Shown: positions 21,413-31,044, counted from the first letter of the stretch. The stretch is 64,000 nt of DNA from an uncultured Clostridia bacterium (GCA_944385895.1 CALWYZ010000005.1:55602-119601), one strand, 5' to 3'. Program-made: numbers and translations. Notes: a model not told the origin generated them from the letters alone.

Positions 21413-22027
21413 ATGCTTAATCCAACCAAAGGGAATCTGCTCAAGGTAAAAAACTCACTGGAGCTTGCAACGGTCGGCTTTGACCTTATGGACAGAAAAC
21501 GCAACATACTCATACGGGAAATGATGGGACTTATCGATGACGCAAAGCAGATACAATCAAGTATCAACACCACTTTTTCCCAAGCGTACCAGGCTTTGAT
21601 GCGCGCAAACGTATCAGGCACCGATGTCAGAAGCATAGCCTACGGAGTGCCGGAGGACGACTGTGTGACCATACTTGAAAAAAGCGTTATGGGAGTCGAA
21701 ATACCGACAGTAAAATACTCGAGCGCTCCAGCAAAACCGTATTACGGCATAAACTCGGGAGGATTTGCAACAGATAACTGCTACGCATGTTTCAGAAAAG
21801 TAAAAGAACTCTGCGCTCAGTTGGCGGAAATAGAGAGCTCTATTTACAGACTCGCAATCGCCATACGCAAAACCCAAAAACGTGCAAACGCTCTTAAAAA
21901 TATTGTAATACCCCAATACAAACGCAACATCGCGTACATCACAGAGTTTTTGGAAGAAAAAGAACGCGAAGAGTTTATCAGAATGAAGGTTATAAAAAAA
22001 CAAAAAGAAAACGCCACAAAAAATTAA
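21413..22027 (+). CDS. atpD: V-type ATPase subunit D
   Basis: 204 aa, MLNPTKGNLLKVKNSLELATVGFDLMDRKRNILIREMM... Confidence 0.93.
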   Translation: MLNPTKGNLLKVKNSLELATVGFDLMDRKRNILIREMMGLIDDAKQIQSSINTTFSQAYQALMRANVSGTDVRSIAYGVPEDDCVTILEKSVMGVEIPTVKYSSAPAKPYYGINSGGFATDNCYACFRKVKELCAQLAEIESSIYRLAIAIRKTQKRANALKNIVIPQYKRNIAYITEFLEEKEREEFIRMKVIKKQKENATKN

Positions 22028-22055
22028 AAGCGGAAGATATTATCTTCCGCTTTTA
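22026..22055 (+). terminator. Intrinsic terminator ending the V-ATPase unit
   Basis: gcggaagata / tatcttccgc inverted repeat followed by TTTTATT, immediately after the atpD stop. Confidence 0.8.
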
Positions 22056-22181
22056 TTAATTCTGAAGGTCACACATAAGCATTTATAAACTCGATATAAA
22101 AAATATATACCAAATGCAACTGTTTTAAAATAATATATGCTCCCACAGCTGAAATTTTTAAAGTATACCATATTTAGCAAT

Positions 22182-22691
22182 TTATACTTTCTTCCGTGTC
22201 AAGAAAATTCCAGCGATACCCGCTATAAGGACAAACGGTGCCAACCTGACAAACAGCCATTCAAATGCGTGAAAAGCCGCTCCGGCAACAGCAGTTTCAG
22301 GATTATTATAATCCCAACCTAAGTAAGGGCTATTTAATACTATTAAGGCCACATAAATTGTTACTATTACCGCACACAATGAGATAAAAAGCCAGCGGAG
22401 TATTTTTCTTCTCGCCGCCTTTCTTTGAGATAGCTGCAAGTTTATAATCTCCAGTTTTTCACAAATCACTTTCAAGTCATCAGCCTTCGACTCAATAACA
22501 GTTTCTCCAAGCAAAGTGCTTACGGGTGTTTCAAGCACTTTCGATATGGAGATCAACATATCGGAATCAGGAACTGACAACCCTTGCTCCCATTTGGAAA
22601 TTGTTTGTCGTACCACATTCAGCTTGATAGCAAGTTCTTCCTGCGAAAGTCCTTTTGATTTTCTGATCGCTTTAATATTTTCGTTTAACAT
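22182..22691 (-). CDS. XRE-family HTH regulator with two C-terminal transmembrane helices
   Basis: N-terminus MLNENIKAIRKSKGLSQEELAIKLNVVRQTISKWEQG (HTH_XRE). C-terminal hydrophobic segments WLFISLCAVIVTIYVALIVL and LAPFVLIAGIAGIFL. Confidence 0.85.
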   Translation of the reverse strand: MLNENIKAIRKSKGLSQEELAIKLNVVRQTISKWEQGLSVPDSDMLISISKVLETPVSTLLGETVIESKADDLKVICEKLEIINLQLSQRKAARRKILRWLFISLCAVIVTIYVALIVLNSPYLGWDYNNPETAVAGAAFHAFEWLFVRLAPFVLIAGIAGIFLTRKKV

Positions 22692-22954
22692 TAGAGATAA
22701 CCTACTTTCTTTAAGTTGTTACCACTATTGTATGAGAAACTGCCCGTTGCTACAAGCAACGCATATTAACATTCAAGCTTTACAGTCGTGGTATGAATTG
22801 GGTATGCTAGCGCAAAGAGCAAAATCCGGCAAATTGTTCTCTGTATCAGCTGCAAAGAGCAGCTCAACTGTCTGCAGTTTGACGGCAGCAGGCACAGACA
22901 ATTTCCCGCTTCCTCCGTTCAGGTTAAAACCGAACAGAAATAACTGTCCCGTTT

Positions 22955-23028
22955 TATGCTGAATGTATCTCACATAACATAAGTTTTTTCATATGCCGAA
23001 TGTATCTCACATAACATAAGTTTTTTCA
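22955..23028. repeat. Two tandem copies of a 37-bp unit
   Basis: tatgc[t/c]gaatgtatctcacataacataagttttttca occurs back to back at 22955-22991 and 22992-23028 with one mismatch. A degenerate third tatgtgagtata motif lies at about 23040. Confidence 0.95.
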
Positions 23029-23064
23029 GCTGCAATAATTATACTCACATAGATAAATGCTTTT

Positions 23065-24801
23065 TTAATCCACTATCATTATATCAGGATTTGCGAATAC
23101 GACACCGCTCAAATCAATACCGACAGCTTTTAGCGTATAAAGTCCATTAAGCTGCGAAAGCACTGATACATCCTGTATCCTGCATCCTGAAATATCAAGA
23201 TAGTCAAGCTTTTGCGCGTCCTTGATAGGAGCAAGATCTGTAACATTTGTATCGGCTATCTCCAATGTCACAAGCTCAGTCATGCCTTTAAGATCGTCAA
23301 GGCTGGCTAAGCCCGTGCCGCTTGCGGAAAAATTGACAAGTTTCAAGTCTGATATTGTCTTTGTGCTCACAAATGAAGTATCATCAACATTAAGAGTTAT
23401 AAGGTTCTTTAACGACTTGAGAAAATCAAAGTTGGTTATTCCGTTGCCAGAAATATTGAGTGTTTCAAGCTTTGTTAACGCGGAAAGATTTTTAGCGTTC
23501 TTAACAAGATTCTTTGAAATATCCAAATAGGTCAGCGCCGTGAATCTATGGACTGTGGAAATGTCTGAAATATAATTCGATCCAAGCATAAGAGATTCAA
23601 GCGTCGTATTTTCTTCAAAATCAGGGACCGCAGAAACACGGTTGTTTGATGCGTCTATCATGACTATCGATTTTGATGCTGAAAGCGCTGACAGGTCGTC
23701 TATACTGTTCTGTGAAAGATATACATACTTGAGTGTTGTAAGATTTGACAAAACGCTGATAGATGTCAAATCATTGTTAGACAAATCAAGAGTTTCAAGC
23801 GCACTTAGACTACCAAGCACATTTATCTCTGTGCTGTCAAGCTCACAGCCCGCAAGTGACAGAGTTGTCAGTTTTGACTTTCCCGACAGCTGGGATATGG
23901 ATAACATCATTATCTCCCCGTCAAGATAAAGCGTCTGAAGATTAGGCATCATATCAAGGTCTGACAGTGTCTTGACATATCCCTCAACCGCATCATTTGA
24001 CAGCTTTGTCACAGCTTCAAGTTCCTTTACCCTTATAACACCGCTTGGCTTTGAAAGAGCTAAACGCACCATACTTTCAATTTTACTGTCGTTAAAGCTT
24101 ACTACTTCATTTTCATTTGTCACATTATAAGTAACACTCAGCAGCGGTGACACAAGACCGTCTTTGTCAACCGCAACAGCTGTTACAGATGTTCTGCCGT
24201 TGCCTATATTTATCGGCTCGACATACACGTTGGAAAACTTTGTAGGATATGTTCCGTCGGTAGTATAATAAACGGTCTGACCCTCACCAACAGTAATAGT
24301 CATTTTCTGAGTCTTGTCATAATCACCCTGTGTCGGGGTATAATTCAAGTCAGCCGGCCGCACAGCCTGTATTTTACGCAATATGTACTGGTCACTTATA
24401 TTATCTGTATAGTTCACAGCCTCTATCAGCTGACCGGCGGCAGAGTATATTTTAATGCGCGTAAGATAAAGCTGCTCCAGTCCGGTCTCATCCGTAGTTA
24501 TCTTTTTCTCGATTGCCTGATCTATTACCGCTCCCGCGTTTTCATAGTCCTCTATCGCCTGATATGCCTTGGCAAGAGAAAGATAAACCTGCTGCTTTTT
24601 GGAATTCCAGCTTTTGGCAGTATTGTAGCATTTTATGGCCTCTGTATAATTTCCGCTCTCATACATTTTATCGCCTCGTGAGATATACATCCCGTAAAAC
24701 ATTCCCTTGAACACAAAAAATACAAAAATGCACACTACCAGAACAGTACCCACAAAGGAAGCGGCAAACACCGCAGCTTTTTTTCTGCTTATTTTTGCCA
24801 T
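23065..24801 (-). CDS. Membrane-anchored surface protein with TPR, chitobiase-C-like and leucine-rich-repeat regions
   Basis: 578 aa. N-terminal anchor AAVFAASFVGTVLVVCIFVFFVF. TPR-like YESGNYTEAIKCYNTA... A TVYYTTDGTYPT motif. About 12 LRR units (LxxLxLxxNxIxDIS). Confidence 0.8.
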   Translation of the reverse strand: MAKISRKKAAVFAASFVGTVLVVCIFVFFVFKGMFYGMYISRGDKMYESGNYTEAIKCYNTAKSWNSKKQQVYLSLAKAYQAIEDYENAGAVIDQAIEKKITTDETGLEQLYLTRIKIYSAAGQLIEAVNYTDNISDQYILRKIQAVRPADLNYTPTQGDYDKTQKMTITVGEGQTVYYTTDGTYPTKFSNVYVEPINIGNGRTSVTAVAVDKDGLVSPLLSVTYNVTNENEVVSFNDSKIESMVRLALSKPSGVIRVKELEAVTKLSNDAVEGYVKTLSDLDMMPNLQTLYLDGEIMMLSISQLSGKSKLTTLSLAGCELDSTEINVLGSLSALETLDLSNNDLTSISVLSNLTTLKYVYLSQNSIDDLSALSASKSIVMIDASNNRVSAVPDFEENTTLESLMLGSNYISDISTVHRFTALTYLDISKNLVKNAKNLSALTKLETLNISGNGITNFDFLKSLKNLITLNVDDTSFVSTKTISDLKLVNFSASGTGLASLDDLKGMTELVTLEIADTNVTDLAPIKDAQKLDYLDISGCRIQDVSVLSQLNGLYTLKAVGIDLSGVVFANPDIMIVD

Positions 24802-24914
24802 TGATTTACCTCCGTATATTTTATTTCTATCTATTATTAAAAAACAATGCAGTATTAGTTATGCTCAGCATCATTCAAAAATGCAAACCTATCCGTCGAT
24901 CGGTCATTTTTATT

Positions 24915-24943
24915 ATTATAACATATTTACACGATTTTTTCAA
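24915..24943 (-). promoter_or_regulatory. Sigma-A-type promoter candidate for the LRR-protein gene
   Basis: Minus strand TTGAAA, 17 nt, TATAAT. Confidence 0.5.
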
Positions 24944-25034
24944 TATTATAATAAAGACTTGGAATATTTTGAATAAACATAATCCAAACAGCCGATTAAT
25001 ACTATATAACAAAATTACGGAAGGATACGCTGCA

Positions 25035-25232
25035 ATGAAACAGATGACAAAATCAACCGATGTCAGATCCGAATTACTGTACCTTAAAAAACAAATACAA
25101 ATAACCGAATCGAAAATCAGCTTTACAAGCGATCCCAAACTCCTTGACGCGCTCTCTTACGAAATGCTTGGCTTTAAATCCAGGATGGGATATCTGCTTG
25201 AAAATGCAAAATCTGATATTTTCCGTTATTAA
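25035..25232 (+). CDS. Small DUF2508 (YaaL-like) protein
   Basis: 65 aa from ATG 25035 (RBS GGAAGGA). Pattern ...DPKLLDALSYEMLGFKSRMGYLLENAK resembles YaaL-family proteins (recollection). The longer ORF-track version lacks an RBS. Confidence 0.5.
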   Translation: MKQMTKSTDVRSELLYLKKQIQITESKISFTSDPKLLDALSYEMLGFKSRMGYLLENAKSDIFRY

Positions 25233-25285
25233 TCACAAAATATTAATTTGTTTTTTATACAGTTTTACTAATTTTAATATTACTC

Positions 25286-25314
25286 TTGCAAAGACAATTA
25301 ATATATGTTATACT
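25286..25314 (+). promoter_or_regulatory. Sigma-A-type promoter candidate for the lipoprotein gene
   Basis: TTGCAA, 17 nt, TATACT. Confidence 0.5.
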
Positions 25315-25378
25315 TAACATACAATTATAAGTATATCTGCGTACATCAAAAGCAGTTTCTTTGGGAGGTAATTGTATA

Positions 25379-27343
25379 ATGAAGCATTTTAAGCTCAAAA
25401 ACATTATGGCGGCATTGTTGATCTGCATTATGGTTTTTGCAATGGCAGGCTGTAATTACATGAACAGACCTGACGGCGCGAAAAACAACAGTACAGACAA
25501 TAACAACCGTCTGGCGATGCTTTTGGAAAAAGACAAGGAAGTTTTTATTCCCGATAACGATGACGATGATGGAAACTACACTCCGCCTCCGACTACGGAT
25601 GACGATGAAGATACTCCGCCTCCGACTACGGATGACGATGATGATGATAACGGCAACGATACTCCGCCTCCGTCAACGGATGACGATGATGATGAGCAGG
25701 ATCTCTCCGATACACCGTTTAATGCACCCGGAGATGTTATTTCAAAAATAAATGAAATCTTAGGCTCTATTTCCAATGAAGTCGTTGACGCTACCAGCTC
25801 TACCGGCGTTAAAGATGAGCTTATGACAAGCCGCACTGTTAACATATATCTGCCCTATCAGCTATTTGACGGCCAGGGTGCTGCTGTTGAATCAATCGCA
25901 GGCAAATTTAATATGAATATAAATGCAAATATAATTCGGGGCATTGATTATGTTACTTCCATAAAACGTGCAGTCCTCAGCGGAGATAAAGCAGATCTTA
26001 TGTACGTTGATCAGGAATCTTGGGGATATTCTCAGCACTTTACTCAGGATATATCAAACTTTGTAAATTTTGATATTGCTGATAAGCTTGGAACATTCTC
26101 TTCCTCTCTCTCAGGCAAATTCCAAATTTATAATGCCGCATACGGCAATAAATATATGGTTGCCTCCGGAATAGCTTCACCGTATCTGCTTGTTTACAAT
26201 CCTGATAACATTGTAGTTCCGGATATTACGATACCGGCCAATGATGAGGAAGGCGCCAAAGAAATCAAAATATCAGATCCAGTTACAATGTTTAATGAAA
26301 AAACCTGGGGAGTTTCGGCTTTTACCGAATTACTTAAAGCATCAACTGTCAGCGGCAGAGTCGGTCTTGCTTCCATAATTGACGATGACAGAAATCTGGA
26401 CATTTGGATGGGTATGGAAAACAATGCATCTATTGCTATAGAATACAATTCCATGCTTGCTCAGGTTGACTCTGGCTTTGTCGGAAGAGAAGCTCTTGAC
26501 TCAGTAGGAGATAACATGGATCTGCTCCAGTCCTGGTACTGGTCTCAGATAAGCAACGATAATTCAAACTACATAGCACAATGGACCGATGCTTCTGACT
26601 GGGAAAACACCGTTAACAAGCTTATCGGTACATACTCAGGCTACGATCCTGTAAACTCATATTCATTTATGCAAGTTGATCTTGATCAATATGTAGAAAT
26701 CAAGAGCAAAGCTGACGCCGCAGGAACTGAACTTGAATTTACGGCAATACCCTACGGTGCTTATACAGAAAGCATTTTACTTGCATCAGCAAACGAAGAC
26801 GGTATCGCGTACGATTCCTCCGGTGTGGAACTAAGACCGTGGTCAGCCGGATGGATAGGCGGATTTTCCGTACTTAAAAACTGTGAGAATCCTTCAGTCG
26901 CATTACGTGTTGCCGAAGAGCTCACAACTGCATGGAAAACATACTACGAAGCTCCTATAGTTGCTACAATGACCGAAGAACAGCAGGCCAGATATAATAC
27001 CATGAAAGAAAACATTGGTATTTCCTTCTATCGTTCTGTTGTTAAAAACGTAGAGAGCGTATACAGTATTTACGGTGCTGAACTTTCAGAAAGACTTCCC
27101 AAGGAATCAAGAAATCTATACGCATCACTCCAGATGTTCTCTGACGCTCCCGGTTCGCTTACACAACCAATGTACAGAAAGAACACGTCACTCGGCTCAT
27201 ATGACGCCAATACATTTGATACATGGAGCGATTTCTATTACGGAAAAGTAGATGATAATGATTCTACAGTTACGCTGTCAAAGAGCATTCTTACGATTCT
27301 TTCCGCTGCTTTTGTACCTCCGACAATGCTTTTCATGTATTAA
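25379..27343 (+). CDS. Lipoprotein with poly-acidic/proline linker and a large extracytoplasmic domain of unknown function
   Basis: Start ATG 25379 (RBS GGGAGG). Lipobox MVFAMAGC. Linker DDDDGNYTPPPTTDDDEDTPPPTTDDDDDDNGNDTPPPSTDDDDDEQD. Body is vaguely solute-binding-protein-like. Confidence 0.7.
   Translation: MKHFKLKNIMAALLICIMVFAMAGCNYMNRPDGAKNNSTDNNNRLAMLLEKDKEVFIPDNDDDDGNYTPPPTTDDDEDTPPPTTDDDDDDNGNDTPPPSTDDDDDEQDLSDTPFNAPGDVISKINEILGSISNEVVDATSSTGVKDELMTSRTVNIYLPYQLFDGQGAAVESIAGKFNMNINANIIRGIDYVTSIKRAVLSGDKADLMYVDQESWGYSQHFTQDISNFVNFDIADKLGTFSSSLSGKFQIYNAAYGNKYMVASGIASPYLLVYNPDNIVVPDITIPANDEEGAKEIKISDPVTMFNEKTWGVSAFTELLKASTVSGRVGLASIIDDDRNLDIWMGMENNASIAIEYNSMLAQVDSGFVGREALDSVGDNMDLLQSWYWSQISNDNSNYIAQWTDASDWENTVNKLIGTYSGYDPVNSYSFMQVDLDQYVEIKSKADAAGTELEFTAIPYGAYTESILLASANEDGIAYDSSGVELRPWSAGWIGGFSVLKNCENPSVALRVAEELTTAWKTYYEAPIVATMTEEQQARYNTMKENIGISFYRSVVKNVESVYSIYGAELSERLPKESRNLYASLQMFSDAPGSLTQPMYRKNTSLGSYDANTFDTWSDFYYGKVDDNDSTVTLSKSILTILSAAFVPPTMLFMY
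25580..25689 (+). repeat. In-frame tandem repeat encoding TPPP(T/S)TDDDD
   Basis: The 29-nt unit actccgcctccg(ac/tc)a(c)ggatgacgatga occurs at 25580, 25613 and 25661. Confidence 0.9.
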
Positions 27344-27357
27344 TATTTAAAAATTTA

Positions 27358-27391
27358 ACAGAGGGGTGTTTTCACACACCTCTGTTTTTTT
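27358..27391 (+). terminator. Intrinsic terminator after the lipoprotein gene
   Basis: acagagg(ggtgt)...(acac)acctctgt hairpin followed by a T7 run. Confidence 0.8.
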
Positions 27392-27469
27392 ATAGCTTTC
27401 AGCATAACTGTTATGCTGCCGAAAAAAATATATTTATGAATATATTTCACAATAACCAGGGGTGAACTA

Positions 27470-28324
27470 ATGTCAGGGAAGAAATCGATCAGTTCAAATA
27501 ATGACATGAGTACAGTTATGATTAAGGGCATATCGGTTATCATTATTTTTGTTTTGATAATTCTGATAATCATTGTTGCCCTGTTTATGTTTAACACAAA
27601 AGGTGAATTTGTAAAGGCGTTAAACGGTCAGATAAAACCTTCTCTATCTTTTTATGTGACAACCTTAATTGTTCTTCTTGTTTCTTCAGTGTTGTTCACA
27701 CCATTCTCCTTCGGTATATCAAACTATTTTATAAACTCAAAAGTCGGTACGGGCAATTTTTCTCAGGTATTTTATCTTTTTAAAAATCCCAGACTCATGT
27801 TTAAAGCAGTTATCATGAATACCCTGAAAAATACTATAATAAACTTTTACCGTGTAATTACTCTTGTATTTGCATTGTTAGCGGAATGCGGCGTTTTTGT
27901 TATAAGCGTAGCTATAAGCGGTGAAAATATATTTGACTATGAACAAAACTTTTTACCGAGCGTTGCTCAATTTATCACCCATAACACCTTCTTTATCATC
28001 CTAACCGTAATAGAATGGTGTATTGTTCTGATGATTTTTATTATTTTGAAAATGAGATACATTATGTGCAAATATGCACTTATACGCTTCCCGCAACTTA
28101 AAATAATAGAAACTCTAAGAGTAGGTGAGTTTGCAATACGCGGCAAAATACTCAGGACAATTTTATTTTATATTAAATATATATCTATATATATTTTCAC
28201 TTTTCTTACAATGGGTCTGTCAAAAGCCGTAATACGAAATAAAAGCCGCGACAGTTTTTCCACCTATGCCGTGCGAGTGGTAGAGTCGGGCATTGAGGGC
28301 TATTATAACAGACGTAGTTATTAA
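27470..28324 (+). CDS. Multi-pass membrane protein, unknown function
   Basis: 284 aa with several long hydrophobic segments; RBS AGGGGTG; no motif I recognise. Confidence 0.6.
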   Translation: MSGKKSISSNNDMSTVMIKGISVIIIFVLIILIIIVALFMFNTKGEFVKALNGQIKPSLSFYVTTLIVLLVSSVLFTPFSFGISNYFINSKVGTGNFSQVFYLFKNPRLMFKAVIMNTLKNTIINFYRVITLVFALLAECGVFVISVAISGENIFDYEQNFLPSVAQFITHNTFFIILTVIEWCIVLMIFIILKMRYIMCKYALIRFPQLKIIETLRVGEFAIRGKILRTILFYIKYISIYIFTFLTMGLSKAVIRNKSRDSFSTYAVRVVESGIEGYYNRRSY

Positions 28325-28338
28325 ATTTTCCATTCCTA

Positions 28339-28366
28339 TTGAAAAAAACTCTGTCTGTGGTATAAT
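28339..28366 (+). promoter_or_regulatory. Sigma-A-type promoter candidate for the PBP gene
   Basis: TTGAAA, 16 nt, TGgTATAAT (extended -10). Confidence 0.55.
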
Positions 28367-28458
28367 ATCGTTATAATTAATTGCGATTTAAGGCATTGTA
28401 CAAAGGTATCATATCTTCTGCGCATTAATGCCTGACATTATATTTTTGGAGTTATAAA

Positions 28459-30996
28459 ATGTTCAAAAAATTTCTTGCAAACTTAATACGAAAATATGAA
28501 AGCAGAAAAGCAAAAAAAACAAAATCTGCATCGGAACATAACCCGCCTGCAGATAATATGGAGACAAAAATAATCGATACCGACCTGATTTATAATTCAG
28601 ATATAATTTCAGATGTAAACAATACTTGCAATAATACAATAGACCATATGGAAGATACCAATAGTAACACAAAAAATACCTCCAAAAAAAGAAGTCCCGT
28701 ACGCAGGGCTGTGTGGGCGGTATGTCTGACAATGATACTTACAGGCGTGTTTACATCTTCTGTTTTTCTATGGTATGTATTCGCATATGTTGACGGCGAG
28801 TTTGATTTGTCATATCTTGACAATTCGCTCAACTATACGACCGTGATATATGGAAAACAAGACGGCAACGACGTTGAAATAGAACAGCTGCACGGCACTG
28901 AAAACAGAATTTGGGTAAATATCGATCAAATCCCCATAAATATGCAGCGTGCAGTAATTGCAATAGAGGACGAAAGATTTTATAAGCATAACGGCGTTGA
29001 TCTGAAAAGAACCGCTTATGCCGTTTTGAATTTTTTTAATCCTAAAAGCACAAGCTCATTTGGCGGTTCCACAATAACCCAACAGCTGGTAAAAAATCTT
29101 ACCAATGACGACGATCACACAATAACCAGAAAAATTCAGGAGATGCGCCGCGCATGGTATTTGGAAAGTCAATACAATAAAGATCAGATACTCGAGGTAT
29201 ACCTTAATACCATAAACCTGTCACAGGGCTGTTACGGAGTACAGACAGCAGCCAACAAATACTTTAATAAAGATGTTAAAGACCTGACCCTTGCCGAGTG
29301 TGCATGTCTTGCCTCCATAACAAAGTCTCCTGCGACTTACGATCCAATAACAAACTACGAAAACAATAAAGAACGCGCAGCCAATGTACTGAATAAAATG
29401 GTTGAGCTGGAATATATCTCACAGGAAGAAGCGGATGCCGCCAAAGCAGAAGAGCTTGTAATATCCGACGGAAGCAATTCCGGCACATCCTCTGCTATCG
29501 TTAAAAGCTATTATGTCGACGCTGTGACAGATTCCGTAATAAACGACCTTATTGATATAAAGGGTTACAGCAAAGTATACGCCGAGACACTGGTTTACTC
29601 AGGCGGTTTGCAGATATATACTCCGTATGATCCTGATGTTCAGGAATGTGTTGACAGCGTATACAATGATCCGGATAACTTCCCTAACATATCCGCAAAG
29701 GACGAAAACGGGAACACGGTAACTCCTCAAAGCGCAATGGCGATAATAGACAACAGTACAGGCGGTGTTGTTGCTATAGCAGGAGGCATCGGTGAAAAAA
29801 CAATCGCCCGCGGCCAAAACAGAGCTACAATGACCTATCGTCAGCCGGGTTCAAGCATAAAGCCCTTGTCAACTTATGCGCCCGGTATAGAATACGCCGT
29901 GTCTGTTGACGGTAACAGGGCGCTTTCTCCGTCATCGATGATACTTGACTGGTATATTGATGAGGAAAAACAATATCCTAAAAACCAGTCAAGGTATGAA
30001 TCCAACAAAAAGGTAACTCTTCAGGCCGGTATTGCACAATCACTCAATACTGTTGCAGCACGTGTAAACGTTGCCGTAGGATTTAAGCGCTCGATAGATT
30101 TTATGATTGATAATCTTGGATTTACATCGCTTGTAACTTCTGATATGGACAGGGCTCATAACGACGAAAATGTTGCAGCGCTTGGGCTTGGCGGTCTTAC
30201 AAAGGGCGTTAATGTAGTTGAAATGGCAGCGGCATACGCATCATTCCCAAATAGCGGGACCTATACAAAGCCTTACTTTTATACAAAGGTTATAGATCAA
30301 AACGGAAGAGTAATTCTTGAAAATAAAGTTGAATCCCACACAGCTATGACATCTGAAACGGCAAACACCATGAATTCTCTGCTGAGCTACGCAGTAACAA
30401 GCGGAACAGGTGCTCCCGCCAATTTCGGAACAACTGAGATAGCAGGCAAGACCGGTACGACTTCAGACGATTACGATCGCTGGTTTGCAGGTTATACCTC
30501 TTATTACACAGGTGTTGTCTGGTACGGTTACGATTATAATAAAACTGTCTATTACTCGGGCGCAAACCCTGCTGCGACCACATGGAAAAAGGTAATGTCC
30601 AAAGTCCACAACGGTCTGGCATATAAATCACTTCCAAAACCCACCACGCTTGTATCAGCTGAGTATTGCTTTGACAGCGGGATGGCAGCTACTGAAAACT
30701 GCCCCAACAAAGCAATAGGCAGCTTTTTCCCGGACGGTGTTCCAACCGAACCATGTACGCTTCATGCTGCTTTGCCAGAAGAAGTCCCGCCCGAGGTTTC
30801 CGACGGTGAAACAGAACAGCCGTCAGACGGCAATACAGATACGCCTACCGATGAGCAAACACCTTCGGATACCGAGCAGACTCCCCCGCCCTCGCAGGGT
30901 GAAAACGGCGGCACGGATAATGATCAGGACATGGGCCAGCAGAATCAGGACAGCCCGCAAAAGGATCCTGATAAAAACTCAACAAATCCTTGGTAG
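28459..30996 (+). CDS. Class A penicillin-binding protein (glycosyltransferase GT51 plus transpeptidase)
   Basis: 845 aa with AIEDERFYKHNGVD, GGSTITQQLVKN, SxxK (GSSIKP) and KTGTT. N-terminal TM. C-terminal P/E/D/Q-rich tail. Confidence 0.93.
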   Translation: MFKKFLANLIRKYESRKAKKTKSASEHNPPADNMETKIIDTDLIYNSDIISDVNNTCNNTIDHMEDTNSNTKNTSKKRSPVRRAVWAVCLTMILTGVFTSSVFLWYVFAYVDGEFDLSYLDNSLNYTTVIYGKQDGNDVEIEQLHGTENRIWVNIDQIPINMQRAVIAIEDERFYKHNGVDLKRTAYAVLNFFNPKSTSSFGGSTITQQLVKNLTNDDDHTITRKIQEMRRAWYLESQYNKDQILEVYLNTINLSQGCYGVQTAANKYFNKDVKDLTLAECACLASITKSPATYDPITNYENNKERAANVLNKMVELEYISQEEADAAKAEELVISDGSNSGTSSAIVKSYYVDAVTDSVINDLIDIKGYSKVYAETLVYSGGLQIYTPYDPDVQECVDSVYNDPDNFPNISAKDENGNTVTPQSAMAIIDNSTGGVVAIAGGIGEKTIARGQNRATMTYRQPGSSIKPLSTYAPGIEYAVSVDGNRALSPSSMILDWYIDEEKQYPKNQSRYESNKKVTLQAGIAQSLNTVAARVNVAVGFKRSIDFMIDNLGFTSLVTSDMDRAHNDENVAALGLGGLTKGVNVVEMAAAYASFPNSGTYTKPYFYTKVIDQNGRVILENKVESHTAMTSETANTMNSLLSYAVTSGTGAPANFGTTEIAGKTGTTSDDYDRWFAGYTSYYTGVVWYGYDYNKTVYYSGANPAATTWKKVMSKVHNGLAYKSLPKPTTLVSAEYCFDSGMAATENCPNKAIGSFFPDGVPTEPCTLHAALPEEVPPEVSDGETEQPSDGNTDTPTDEQTPSDTEQTPPPSQGENGGTDNDQDMGQQNQDSPQKDPDKNSTNPW

Positions 30997-31006
30997 AAAA
31001 TTTGAT

Positions 31007-31044
31007 AAGAGCCGTTTGATAGCATTCGGCTCTTTAATTTTTTT
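31007..31044 (+). terminator. Intrinsic terminator after the PBP gene
   Basis: aagagccg / cggctctt stem followed by a T-rich tract. Confidence 0.65.

Noticed and set aside
22773-22973. 66-aa ORF (GTG start inside the 37-bp repeat) upstream of the XRE gene
   Set aside because: It has no RBS, no recognisable motif and its start lies within a duplicated non-coding unit. I treat it as non-coding or a possible gene remnant.
25580-25689. Diversity-generating retroelement-type variable repeat
   Set aside because: There is no reverse transcriptase and no template/variable repeat pair with adenine-specific differences. The repeats are simple in-frame linker units.
25560-25845. ORFs 25560..25751(+) and 25576..25845(-) rich in MT/SS repeats
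   Set aside because: They are artefacts of the GAT/GAC-CCG tandem repeat inside the lipoprotein gene, read in other frames.
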